Virus record (IMG/VR): IMGVR_UViG_3300009169_000014
Location: 44,741 to 108,740 of that record
DNA: 64,000 bases
Direction: 5' to 3' (one strand)
Source of the DNA: a virus
Taxonomy: Duplodnaviria > Heunggongvirae > Uroviricota > Caudoviricetes
Shown here: positions 19,560 to 27,805 of the stretch, in pieces
How positions within the stretch are numbered: position 1 is the first letter of the stretch
Layout of the letters: the number at the start of each line of letters is the position of its first letter
The notes under the pieces: generated by a model
Seen by the model: only the letters and a program-made list of their open reading frames with translations
The model's database searches: none
Told to the model about the DNA's origin: nothing
Made by a program: the position numbers and the translations under genes

Positions 19560-19612
19560 TCGAGTTCCTCGTCATACCGCGAATCTAGGCGATTCTACTA
19601 CGCAAAGAGACG

Positions 19613-19642
19613 TTGGCGGGATAAACCTACTTAGTGTAGTAT
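19613..19642 (+). promoter_or_regulatory. Candidate sigma70-type promoter (TTGGCG, 18-bp spacer, TAGTAT) driving the rightward replication block
   Basis: It lies in the relatively AT-rich 100-bp divergent gap between the portal-like and SNF2 genes. The -35/-10-like hexamers have near-consensus spacing. An AGGGAGAAAAG RBS precedes the ATG at 19662. Confidence 0.3.
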
Positions 19643-19661
19643 CGCAAGGGAGAAAAGTACC

Positions 19662-21719
19662 ATGCCTCTGATTTCACTGGAGACCATAAACGGTACCCCG
19701 GTCTTCGTCTCATCCGGGATGGTTCCCGGTTTCGAGCGGGTACACGCGGGGATGCTGGACGTAGAGAAGAAGCGTTGGATGTTCCCTGCGTACCCTCCTT
19801 TTGGGTTGCTTGCCGCCAACGATCTCAGGAAGGTACAGAAGGACACCAGCTTCACCCCAGAGGCAGAGCAGCAGATTGCGGTCCTCCAGTCCGTACCACA
19901 GCGCCTGAAAGAACGCACCCTTCCCGCGGGGTTCCAGTTCGCTACGAAACCGTTCGACCATCAAATCGACGGGCTCACGCATCTTCTGAACTACCCCAGG
20001 TTCGCCCTGTATTGGGACCCCGGAACAGGGAAGACCAAGGTAATGGTCGATCTGAAACGGAATTTCCCCGGACAAAGAATGCTCGTCCTGACGCCAAAGG
20101 TCACCGTGCCTGGATGGGTGCGAGAAGCGACACTGCACTCTGGCGGTGAGCTCAAAGCGGTGGCGCTCATAGGGTCCCCGGAGCAGAAAAGGGATATCAT
20201 ACGGAGGTACAAGGAGTACGACGTAATCGTAGCTTCCTACGGCACGGCGAGAAACCTTGGGCACCCGAGGCTATATCCATCGACGTTGTCAGCCCTGAAG
20301 GTGGCGAAGGAAGCAGGGGTTCCCCTGAGTGAGAGCGGCCTGGCGTCGCTCGTCCGGGGTATACGTTTTCTTTCGGATCCCGATAGGCAGCTCGACCTGG
20401 CCTTGGCTTGGGCGCTCGGAGCTCCCATCGCGCACGTCGCTCGCTGGGCTGAACAAGAGTCAGAGCAGAGCCCGCAGTGGTTGAAAGACATCGACTTCAA
20501 GATCATCGCCGCGGACGAGAGCCAGAACCTCAACAACATGAGCGCTGATCAAACGAAGGCGGCGCTGGCCTTGGCAAAGCAAGCTACTCGGCGATACCTG
20601 ATGTCAGGAACCCCGACGCTTGGGGACCCGCGACACCTCTACCCGCAAATGAAATTTCTTTCGCCTGCGATCATCCCGGAGGACTGGCTCAAGTTCTCTG
20701 ACATGTTCCTAACGCGGAACCCGTACAACAAGAGAATCGTCACAGGGTTCAAGAACATCAACATCCTGAACGAACGCGTGAACCGCGTCGCAATTCGAAA
20801 GACAAAAGAGGAGTGTCTCGACCTTCCTGAGCGGACGATCATCGACGTCCCAGTAGAGCTGTCCGGGGAACAGAAGAAGCTCTACAACAAGCTGGTCGAA
20901 GACATGTCGGCCGACCTGCAGGAGTACTTCAGCTCGGAGTCGACGCTCGCCGTACAGAACGCAGCCGTGCTGCTGAACAAGTTGGCGCAGGTGACCTCGG
21001 GCTTCATCATCGACAGCCAGCGTAAAGCGGGCATCTGTGACAGTTGCGAACATCTGGTGAAGTGCGTTGACGGCAACGTGCAGCCCTACACCGCACGGTG
21101 TCAGGTGGTGCAGAAGCCACCCCCTGGACTTCTGAACGTCCTGAAGGAGAACCCGAAGCTCGATGTCCTCGAAGGGCTCCTCGACGAGATCCTGGAGAAC
21201 GAGACCACCAAGGTCATCGTCTGGGGGCAGTACCACGCGGAGCTCGACGCCATCGAGGCGCTGCTCCAGAAGAAGAAGCTCGAGTTCGTCCGTGGTGGCG
21301 AAGGCAACATTCAGAAACGCATTGACACGTTCAACCTGGATCCGAAGTGTCGCGTGTATCTGAGTCACGTTGCGACGGGAGTCGGCATCACGCTGAACTC
21401 GGCTGCCTACATGATCTTCTACGCTCTTCCGTGGTCCTTGGGGCACTACCTCCAGGCCATCGACAGAAATTTTAGAGCCGGGCAGAAGATGAAGACGTTC
21501 GTGTACCGCCTCATCGCCGCGGGGACGGTCGACTTCTTCAAAGCAACGGCGCTCTCTGAGAAGAAGGACCTGAGCGCGCTGTTGACGAACAAGATCGCGT
21601 GCGCTACCTGCCACCGGCAAGAGCGCTGTCTGCGTGAAGACGTGGCGGTCTTTGACCCGGACTGCATTCACCCAAGAAGCGTCAAACGCACCGTAGCAAA
21701 AGCGAGGGTACTGACATGA
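19662..21719 (+). CDS. SNF2-family (SWI2/SNF2) DNA helicase
   Basis: Walker A GTGKT in …ALYWDPGTGKTKVMV…, a DESQ box (IAADESQNL), and the C-terminal helicase domain …LSHVATGVGITLNSA…IDRNFRAGQKMKTFVYRLIAAGTVD. Confidence 0.85.
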   Translation: MPLISLETINGTPVFVSSGMVPGFERVHAGMLDVEKKRWMFPAYPPFGLLAANDLRKVQKDTSFTPEAEQQIAVLQSVPQRLKERTLPAGFQFATKPFDHQIDGLTHLLNYPRFALYWDPGTGKTKVMVDLKRNFPGQRMLVLTPKVTVPGWVREATLHSGGELKAVALIGSPEQKRDIIRRYKEYDVIVASYGTARNLGHPRLYPSTLSALKVAKEAGVPLSESGLASLVRGIRFLSDPDRQLDLALAWALGAPIAHVARWAEQESEQSPQWLKDIDFKIIAADESQNLNNMSADQTKAALALAKQATRRYLMSGTPTLGDPRHLYPQMKFLSPAIIPEDWLKFSDMFLTRNPYNKRIVTGFKNINILNERVNRVAIRKTKEECLDLPERTIIDVPVELSGEQKKLYNKLVEDMSADLQEYFSSESTLAVQNAAVLLNKLAQVTSGFIIDSQRKAGICDSCEHLVKCVDGNVQPYTARCQVVQKPPPGLLNVLKENPKLDVLEGLLDEILENETTKVIVWGQYHAELDAIEALLQKKKLEFVRGGEGNIQKRIDTFNLDPKCRVYLSHVATGVGITLNSAAYMIFYALPWSLGHYLQAIDRNFRAGQKMKTFVYRLIAAGTVDFFKATALSEKKDLSALLTNKIACATCHRQERCLREDVAVFDPDCIHPRSVKRTVAKARVLT

Positions 21720-22156
21720 GGTTGATTCTGGAAAAGGACGAGATCGTAACCATCCTGGGCAAACACTTCGACGTGGCCCTCGACCCGGAGAGAGTCATCA
21801 TCCGGACGGATCCTCTCGAAATCGAGGTAAGCGGCATCCCGATGTCCGATGCCCCGACCAAGGAGGAAACAAACGTCGTGTCCCTCAACACGACAGCCCG
21901 GCGACAGAGCCAGGCGCGCGATGAGGAAGAGAAGGTCGCCGTACTTCGAGACGACCCTGACGCAACGACCGAACCTCCGCCGCCGGGGAAAGACGGAACA
22001 GAAGGTGAGGGGAACGCCGACGTTCACCCCGCGGCTGTCTTGGCGGCATCCAAAGCGCTCGAGAACGAGCTTGACCGTGAAAACCCCCAACTGAAGCGAC
22101 GCGCTGGCAAGTGGTCCGCTATCGCGCCGAAAGACTTCAACGACGAGATCCCATGA
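21716..22156 (+). CDS. Hypothetical acidic protein (146 aa)
   Basis: Start overlaps the SNF2 stop. Protein-like composition. Confidence 0.4.
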   Translation: MRLILEKDEIVTILGKHFDVALDPERVIIRTDPLEIEVSGIPMSDAPTKEETNVVSLNTTARRQSQARDEEEKVAVLRDDPDATTEPPPPGKDGTEGEGNADVHPAAVLAASKALENELDRENPQLKRRAGKWSAIAPKDFNDEIP

Positions 22157-23055
22157 CCAAAGGCAACGTCATCGAACACCCCGAGGCTGTCACCATGAAA
22201 GAATCCCGGACAGACGCACTGCTCCGTAAGCTGAACATCACCTCCGACTTCCTCGACCCGAAGCTCCCCAAGGGCTTCTTCTCGAACTCGCAGTACAACA
22301 GCTGGCTCATCTGCGGTAAGGCGTACGAGTTCAAGTACGTGCAGCAGATCTCCACCCCGGACTATGCATCGACGAGCCGTGGGAACGCAGTTCACGCCGG
22401 GGTCGAGCACGTCCTCAAGGCGAAGCTGGAAGGGAAGGTACCCAGCGTCGAAGAAGGGCGCGAAGTAGTGAGCCGCACCTTCGACGAAAAGGCGAAGGGT
22501 GTTCTCGACTGGGGCGAGGAAGACCCTGGAAAGACGAAGGACCTGGCACTGAACTTGTTCAAGACGTACGCCACGTACGCCCTGCCCAAGATCAACCCCG
22601 TCGCAATCGAGAAGGGGTTCGCCAAGAAGGTTGGGGACGTCCCCATGATTGGGTGGATCGACCTCATCGACGAACAGCCCAGCATCAACACGGCTGGGAT
22701 GCGCCCCGAAGACGCTGCCCTCGCGCCGAAGCGGCTCGTTACAGCGGATCTGAAGACGGGGAAGGCGAAGTGGAGTGACAAAGAAGTCGCGCTGGACCCG
22801 CAGCTGACCCTCTACTCACACGTGGAGGGGACGCCTGATGTACGCATCGACCAGCTCATCGCTCACAAGAAGGCACCCACCTTCCTGCAGGCGGAGAGCG
22901 CGCGGACCCCGCGAGACGCAGAAATCCTCATCGACCACGTGAACGAAGTTGCGGAGTACGTCCGGAAGGGTGTATTCCCTAAGACGGAGATCGACAACTG
23001 GGCCTGCAACAAGGACCACTGCTCGTTCTATCACTTGTGCCGCGGTAAGAAGTAA
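22153..23055 (+). CDS. PD-(D/E)XK nuclease, Cas4/RecB-like, with C-terminal Cys cluster
   Basis: …IGWIDLIDEQ…TADLKTGKAKW… gives the D…D-x-K core. The C-terminus carries CNKDHCSFYHLC (C-x4-C-x5-C). The ATG at 22153 overlaps the upstream stop. Confidence 0.65.
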   Translation: MTKGNVIEHPEAVTMKESRTDALLRKLNITSDFLDPKLPKGFFSNSQYNSWLICGKAYEFKYVQQISTPDYASTSRGNAVHAGVEHVLKAKLEGKVPSVEEGREVVSRTFDEKAKGVLDWGEEDPGKTKDLALNLFKTYATYALPKINPVAIEKGFAKKVGDVPMIGWIDLIDEQPSINTAGMRPEDAALAPKRLVTADLKTGKAKWSDKEVALDPQLTLYSHVEGTPDVRIDQLIAHKKAPTFLQAESARTPRDAEILIDHVNEVAEYVRKGVFPKTEIDNWACNKDHCSFYHLCRGKK

Positions 23056-23073
23056 CCCCCCAAGGAGACCAAG

Positions 23074-23418
23074 ATGGCCATCAAGATGAGCATGACGTGC
23101 ACCCGGTGCCACCGGGAAGACATCCACGAGATCGAAGACCTCGCTACGGCGCAGGCCTTCGAAGCGCTGCAGAAGCGTAAGGTCGCCACCCTGGCAAAGC
23201 TGGAGGCGTTCATCGCGACCCTCCCCGCTGACGAGCTGCCTGACTTTCTCGCGGTGCTCGGGGACAAGAAGCTTGTGCACACCTACCTGTGCGACCCCGC
23301 CGAGGCGAAGCGCTCCTGCGCCAAGCGCGTCGGAGACTTGCTCGAGGGTGTGAGCGAGCTCGGCGAGCGGAAGCCGCGGACGAAGAAGGACAAGACCGAA
23401 GCCGCCGAAAAGGCGTAA
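23074..23418 (+). CDS. Hypothetical protein (114 aa)
   Basis: Plus-strand ORF, K/E-rich, with paired Cys residues (CTRCH). Confidence 0.4.
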   Translation: MAIKMSMTCTRCHREDIHEIEDLATAQAFEALQKRKVATLAKLEAFIATLPADELPDFLAVLGDKKLVHTYLCDPAEAKRSCAKRVGDLLEGVSELGERKPRTKKDKTEAAEKA

Positions 23419-23421
23419 CGA

Positions 23422-23640
23422 ATGAACAAGGGGACCCCTGTGCCAGACATGGAAAAGTACGGCGTAGAAGAGACCGGCGAAGAGGTGAAGACCGCAGCAG
23501 ACGGGAAGTTGAAGTGCCCCGCCTGTGGCCATGCCCTTCGTCCCCCGGATGAGACAGGGGTCCTTTTGTGCACGAAGTGTGGCTCACAACCATTCGAAGC
23601 GGGAGCTCAGTCTCTCCATGACAAGCCGAAGCCCCGTTAA
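23422..23640 (+). CDS. Small zinc-ribbon protein (72 aa)
   Basis: CPACGH…CTKCG gives a four-Cys ribbon. Confidence 0.4.
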   Translation: MNKGTPVPDMEKYGVEETGEEVKTAADGKLKCPACGHALRPPDETGVLLCTKCGSQPFEAGAQSLHDKPKPR

Positions 23641-23875
23641 CAAGAACACGGCGCGAGTTCAACGCCACCTGGCGGCGCAAGAGCATCTCGTTTACAAGCT
23701 CAAAGCCGTGCGAGCTTTGTGGGTCACCGCCCACAACACACCACAAGCGGTAGAGAAGATGGAACGAGAATTCCTCTTCCTCATCGGCGAGATCGTAGAA
23801 GGTACCGCCGTTGAGAAGTTGCACATGACGAACATCAGCAAAGAAGCGTTCCTGCGCGAATTCCACGACGGGTAA
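23618..23875 (+). CDS. Small hypothetical protein (about 85 aa)
   Basis: The internal Met (MTSRSPV…) of track ORF 23525..23875 was chosen to avoid a long overlap with the zinc-ribbon ORF. Confidence 0.3.
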   Translation: MTSRSPVNKNTARVQRHLAAQEHLVYKLKAVRALWVTAHNTPQAVEKMEREFLFLIGEIVEGTAVEKLHMTNISKEAFLREFHDG

Positions 23876-23915
23876 CGCATCCCCAACAGTTCACCCCCTC
23901 ACCTGGAGGAGCCGA

Positions 23916-24872
23916 ATGGCTACCGCCGAGACACCCGTGTCATCTGAAGAGACCCCCGAAGCCGTCATCGCCGCCGTAGCACCGAAGGCGGCTTCCCCGC
24001 TGGCCACCAATCGCTTCGTGGAGCTGCCCGTCAAGGACATCGTCACCAAGGCGGGCGACAACATCCGCAGCGGGGAGCTTCCGGAAATCGAAGAGCTCGC
24101 CAAGAGCATCAAGGCTGAAGGGCTCGTGGAGCCCATCGTCGTCACCATGTCAGAGACGCCGGGGAAGTACACCGTCGTCGCCGGACACCGACGCCTCACC
24201 GCGGTACGCAGCTTGGAGTTGGCGACCATCCCCGCGATGATCGTCGACGCTGACGTGAACCGTCGCATCAAGCTGGCGCTCATCGAGAACATCCAGCGCA
24301 AGGACATGGCCCCGTTGGACAAGGCCAAGGCGTTCGCGAAGCTCATCAAGAACACCGGGCTCGAGCAGCAGCAGGTGGCGGAGGCCATCGGCATGGCGCC
24401 GGGCTACGTCTCGCAGTACCTCGCTCTGCTGGAACTGCCGGAGTCCGCTCTCAGCGCCCTGCGCGACGGAGAGCTGTCGTTCACGCAGGCACGGGCGCTG
24501 TGCCGCCTCCTGCCCAACACCAAGGCCATCGACGACCTGGTGTTCGAAGCGAGCGATCTGACGGTCGCGGCGATGGAGGCAAAGATCGCCCACATCCTCG
24601 GAACCACCGAGGCCGCGGCGGAGGAAGAAGAGGAAGAGGAGGACGGGGAGGCCAAGCCCAAGAAGAAGAAGGCGGCGAAACCCGCTCCGTCGGAGAAGGC
24701 CATCGAGTACTACGTCGACGCCGAATTCCACCCTCTCAAGAAGGATGACATCCGCGAGCTGATGGTCAGCTACAAGCGAAAAGAGGTCAACGCCGACACC
24801 GCGAAGAAGCGGGAGGAGTACCGGCTGATCCTCAAGGGGATCACCCTCGCGGCTGACCTGCGGCTGAAGTAG
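23916..24872 (+). CDS. ParB/Sulfiredoxin-like N-terminal domain protein (ParB-like nuclease or partition protein)
   Basis: …VEPIVVTMSETPGKYTVVAGHRRLTAV… carries the GxRR ParB box. The HTH-like segment is …GLEQQQVAEAIGMAPGYVSQYLALLELP. The C-terminus has an acidic Glu run and a KKKK tail. Confidence 0.7.
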   Translation: MATAETPVSSEETPEAVIAAVAPKAASPLATNRFVELPVKDIVTKAGDNIRSGELPEIEELAKSIKAEGLVEPIVVTMSETPGKYTVVAGHRRLTAVRSLELATIPAMIVDADVNRRIKLALIENIQRKDMAPLDKAKAFAKLIKNTGLEQQQVAEAIGMAPGYVSQYLALLELPESALSALRDGELSFTQARALCRLLPNTKAIDDLVFEASDLTVAAMEAKIAHILGTTEAAAEEEEEEEDGEAKPKKKKAAKPAPSEKAIEYYVDAEFHPLKKDDIRELMVSYKRKEVNADTAKKREEYRLILKGITLAADLRLK

Positions 24873-25706
24873 CTACTCCGCGAAAACGTCCCTGGTGGCT
24901 GATACGTGATTGGCCACCAGGTACATTTTCAACTGCGCCATCGTATTTTTCTTGATCTGCCGTACCCGCTCAGAGGATAGGTCCAAGCGGTTCGAAATTT
25001 GTCGGAGGTTCTTAGGATCCTCCCGTGCTCCGAAGTACGCCAGCACGATGTACTTGTCTCGCTCCCGTAGGGCGAGCTCATCCAGGGCCTGCCGCAGAAG
25101 TGTAAAGCCGTATGTGTTCACGAAGTCCCGCTCAAGGACATCGTCGCTGTGCCCAGCCGCGTCGATGGACTCCACGGTGTCCAGCGTCACATGAGGAGCT
25201 TCAACGTCCGTCCCACTACCGTGCTTTCGCTGAGCGCGCAGGGCCTTCTGCTTGTGCGCTGGGACACGAATGATCCCCTGACTGTCGAGCTCTTCCAGAA
25301 TCTTCTCTCGGACCCACCAAGCGGCGTACGTCAAAAACTTGGTGTTTCGGGAGGAGTCAAAACGATCCGCGGCGACAAGCAGTCCGATGTTACCGGCGGA
25401 GATGAGAGTAGTAAGAACGTCGTTGTCGAAGTTGGGCCCCTTCGTACGGTAGGCGTACTCTTTGGCGACCTTCACGACGAAACGAAGAGCGCCGGAGATG
25501 AGACGGTCACGGGCCTTAAAGTTGCGAGGAGCCTTGCACTTGGCGCAATGCGTGGCTGAAGACCCAAGGGCGTATGACGCACGGCACGAGGGGCAGGTAC
25601 GGTAGCTCTTGACGAGTTCCTGCTCTTCCTTCTGGGGAATGAACACGTTACCGCGTAAATCGGTGAAGTAGGCCGCGATGACACGGTCGTTATCGGTCGA
25701 GCTCAT
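24873..25706 (-). CDS. Sigma-70 family RNA polymerase sigma factor (regions 2 and 4) with zinc-ribbon insertion
   Basis: Region 2-like: VVKVAKEYAYRTKGPNFDNDVLTTLISAGNIGLLVAADRFDSSRNTKFLTYAAWWVREKI. Region 4 HTH: LSSERVRQIKKNTMAQLK. The N-terminal CPSCRA…CAKCK is a Zn-ribbon-like insertion. It is the only minus-strand gene within the + strand block. Confidence 0.7.
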   Translation of the reverse strand: MSSTDNDRVIAAYFTDLRGNVFIPQKEEQELVKSYRTCPSCRASYALGSSATHCAKCKAPRNFKARDRLISGALRFVVKVAKEYAYRTKGPNFDNDVLTTLISAGNIGLLVAADRFDSSRNTKFLTYAAWWVREKILEELDSQGIIRVPAHKQKALRAQRKHGSGTDVEAPHVTLDTVESIDAAGHSDDVLERDFVNTYGFTLLRQALDELALRERDKYIVLAYFGAREDPKNLRQISNRLDLSSERVRQIKKNTMAQLKMYLVANHVSATRDVFAE

Positions 25707-25828
25707 TCCCTAATGATCCTCGCTTTTGCACTTGAAACACGCCCTACGAAGCGGTAGGGTCGCCGCGCCAAAAACAACATCTCTTAAGCACAAAACCTAC
25801 AAACCCGCAAAAACAATGGAGTACAGCA

Positions 25829-26884
25829 ATGGCCAAGAAGCCCGACGCAACCCCTGCCACTGAAGCACCCGCAGCACCGGAAGCTGCTCCCACTGCCGCT
25901 CCCGCTGAAACCACCGCTCTCGCTACCGCCGAGAGTGTCTCTCCGGAGTTCGCGGCGCGCAAGGCCCTGGCGAACCGGCTCCCTCCCGAAGTCCGAGCGA
26001 AGGCGATGATGCTCAAGCGCCCCACTCCCATGGAGCTCATGGACATCGTCATGGCGCTCCCGGAGGCCAGCCAAGAAGCAATGATGACGCTGGTTTCCAA
26101 GACCAACCCGGAGAAGCAGGGCCTGCACTCGTCCACCAGCGGATTCGAACCTACGGAACTCAAGGTGTTCCACGGCGTCGGCAATGACCCCACCAGGCCG
26201 CGTCAGTGCCTGCCGGGGCAGTTCTACTCGAAGGACTCCCGCGTTCTCGGGGAGAAGTTCAACGCGGTCCCCCTCGCCATCTACGAGGGCCAGATCCTCT
26301 GGCCGCCGCAGACGCCGGGAAGCAACGAGAGCAAGGCGCCTCTCTGCGTCTCGATGGACCGGAGGACCGGGAGCAAGTACGGCTCCTGCGCTTCCTGCCC
26401 TCTCGCCCCGGAGCTCCGTCCGTACACCCAGGGCGGCTGCATGCGGGAGATCACCGCCTACCTGCTGGACCAGGACATGACGTCCATCTACGTCTTGAAG
26501 TTCGCCAAGACCAGCGAAGGCGCTGGCAAGGCGATGATGGGCATCCTCAAGAAGTCGAACACGCTGTGGGACCGGTGGTTCACCTTCGAGGCCAAGGAGC
26601 GCGTCGACGGGACCAAGAAGTACTACGTCCTGCAGGCCAGCCCGGTGGCTGACGCTGCGAAGGCGAACACCGACGCGAAGTTCCACCCGCTGTTCACGTC
26701 CCTGTCGAAGGTCATCGACGCCGACATCTACTACCCGGCGCTCGCTGGTGTGCACGACAGGCTGAAGAACAGCGCAGAAGCTGGCGGCGCCGCCGCAACG
26801 GGCGCGGCAGCCGTACCGTTCGACGAGAAGGCGTTCCTCAAGGGCGACACCGAGGCTGCGCCGGACTACTCCAAGGACGTCTGA
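25829..26884 (+). CDS. Hypothetical protein (351 aa) with Ala/Pro-rich N-terminus. Possible DNA-binding or annealing partner of the flanking nucleases
   Basis: ORF preceded by a purine-rich RBS. The globular core has conserved Cys residues (CLPGQ, CVSMD, CASCP, GGC). No Walker motif. The functional guess is from gene context only. Confidence 0.4.
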   Translation: MAKKPDATPATEAPAAPEAAPTAAPAETTALATAESVSPEFAARKALANRLPPEVRAKAMMLKRPTPMELMDIVMALPEASQEAMMTLVSKTNPEKQGLHSSTSGFEPTELKVFHGVGNDPTRPRQCLPGQFYSKDSRVLGEKFNAVPLAIYEGQILWPPQTPGSNESKAPLCVSMDRRTGSKYGSCASCPLAPELRPYTQGGCMREITAYLLDQDMTSIYVLKFAKTSEGAGKAMMGILKKSNTLWDRWFTFEAKERVDGTKKYYVLQASPVADAAKANTDAKFHPLFTSLSKVIDADIYYPALAGVHDRLKNSAEAGGAAATGAAAVPFDEKAFLKGDTEAAPDYSKDV

Positions 26885-26936
26885 GCCGCAATGTCGGGCT
26901 CGTACGCTCTCCGCTAGTGTCGGGGAGAGATCAGTA

Positions 26937-27797
26937 GTGCCGATGCGGGGCTCCTGCAATGTCGGGGAGCCTCCATCGGTTTACTCGTCGACCTTTGGTG
27001 ACCCCATGGATCTAGTCATCCCTGAGTATGTTCAAAAAAACGGTCCGTGGTCTTTCTCCAAGGCCGGGGTCATCTCGAAGTGCTCGCTGCAGTACGACTA
27101 CAAGTACGGCGCGCAGAAGCGGCCAGAGGAGCCTCGAGCGTCATCTGAGGACAGCCGCATCGGCGTCGCCGTGCACAAGGCGCTCGAGTTCGCGCTCGAC
27201 AACATCCCCACCAAGAAGGCGTTCCAGTTCGCCATCGACCAAGGGGAGTTGACCACGGACGAGAGTGAGAAGGTGATGAGCTTCTTCGACCAGGTGGATC
27301 GGTTCGTGAAGCGCATCGCAGCCTTCAAGGAGAAGCACGGGGTTCGCCCACAGAACGTACTCATCGAGTACAAGATCGGAATGGGCGCGGACTTCAAGAG
27401 CTGCCAGTTCTTCGACAAGACCGGGCTCTTCCGCGGCGTACTCGACTTCACCATGCTCACAGCGCGTGGGGACGCGGTCGTCATCGACCACAAGTCGGGC
27501 AAGCAGAAGGACATGAAGCACTACGAAGACCAGTGCAAGGCCTACTGCGTCCTGGCGCTGGCATTCCGTCCTGAGCTCAAAGGCGTACAGACGGCCATCA
27601 ACTTCGTTCAAACGGATCAGCTGCTGTGGAACCCCCGCGTCACGGCGGAGACAATCCGCAACGAGTACCACCCGTGGCTCGTCAAGTTTCTCGCAGACTC
27701 CTGTGCCGGTCTCCAGAAACCCCCTGAGCCCCAAGAGGGCTGGTGGTGTGACTGGTGCGGGTACAAGGGGGTCTGTCCCAAGTTCACCAACAAATAG
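26937..27797 (+). CDS. Second PD-(D/E)XK nuclease, Cas4/RecB-like, with C-terminal CxxC-x5-C
   Basis: …GVLDFTMLTARGDAVVIDHKSGKQKD… parallels the motif of the first nuclease (ID..K(S/T)GK). The C-terminus is WWCDWCGYKGVCPKF. Start may be GTG at 26937 or ATG at 27006. Confidence 0.6.
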   Translation: MPMRGSCNVGEPPSVYSSTFGDPMDLVIPEYVQKNGPWSFSKAGVISKCSLQYDYKYGAQKRPEEPRASSEDSRIGVAVHKALEFALDNIPTKKAFQFAIDQGELTTDESEKVMSFFDQVDRFVKRIAAFKEKHGVRPQNVLIEYKIGMGADFKSCQFFDKTGLFRGVLDFTMLTARGDAVVIDHKSGKQKDMKHYEDQCKAYCVLALAFRPELKGVQTAINFVQTDQLLWNPRVTAETIRNEYHPWLVKFLADSCAGLQKPPEPQEGWWCDWCGYKGVCPKFTNK

Positions 27798-27805
27798 GAG
27801 TGCTC

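Noticed and set aside
20709-21671. Minus-strand 320-aa ORF inside the SNF2 helicase gene
   Set aside because: Shadow ORF. The + frame has helicase motifs.
25784-26959. Minus-strand 391-aa ORF opposite the 351-aa gene
   Set aside because: Arg/Gly/Leu-rich shadow. The + strand ORF has an RBS and protein-like composition.
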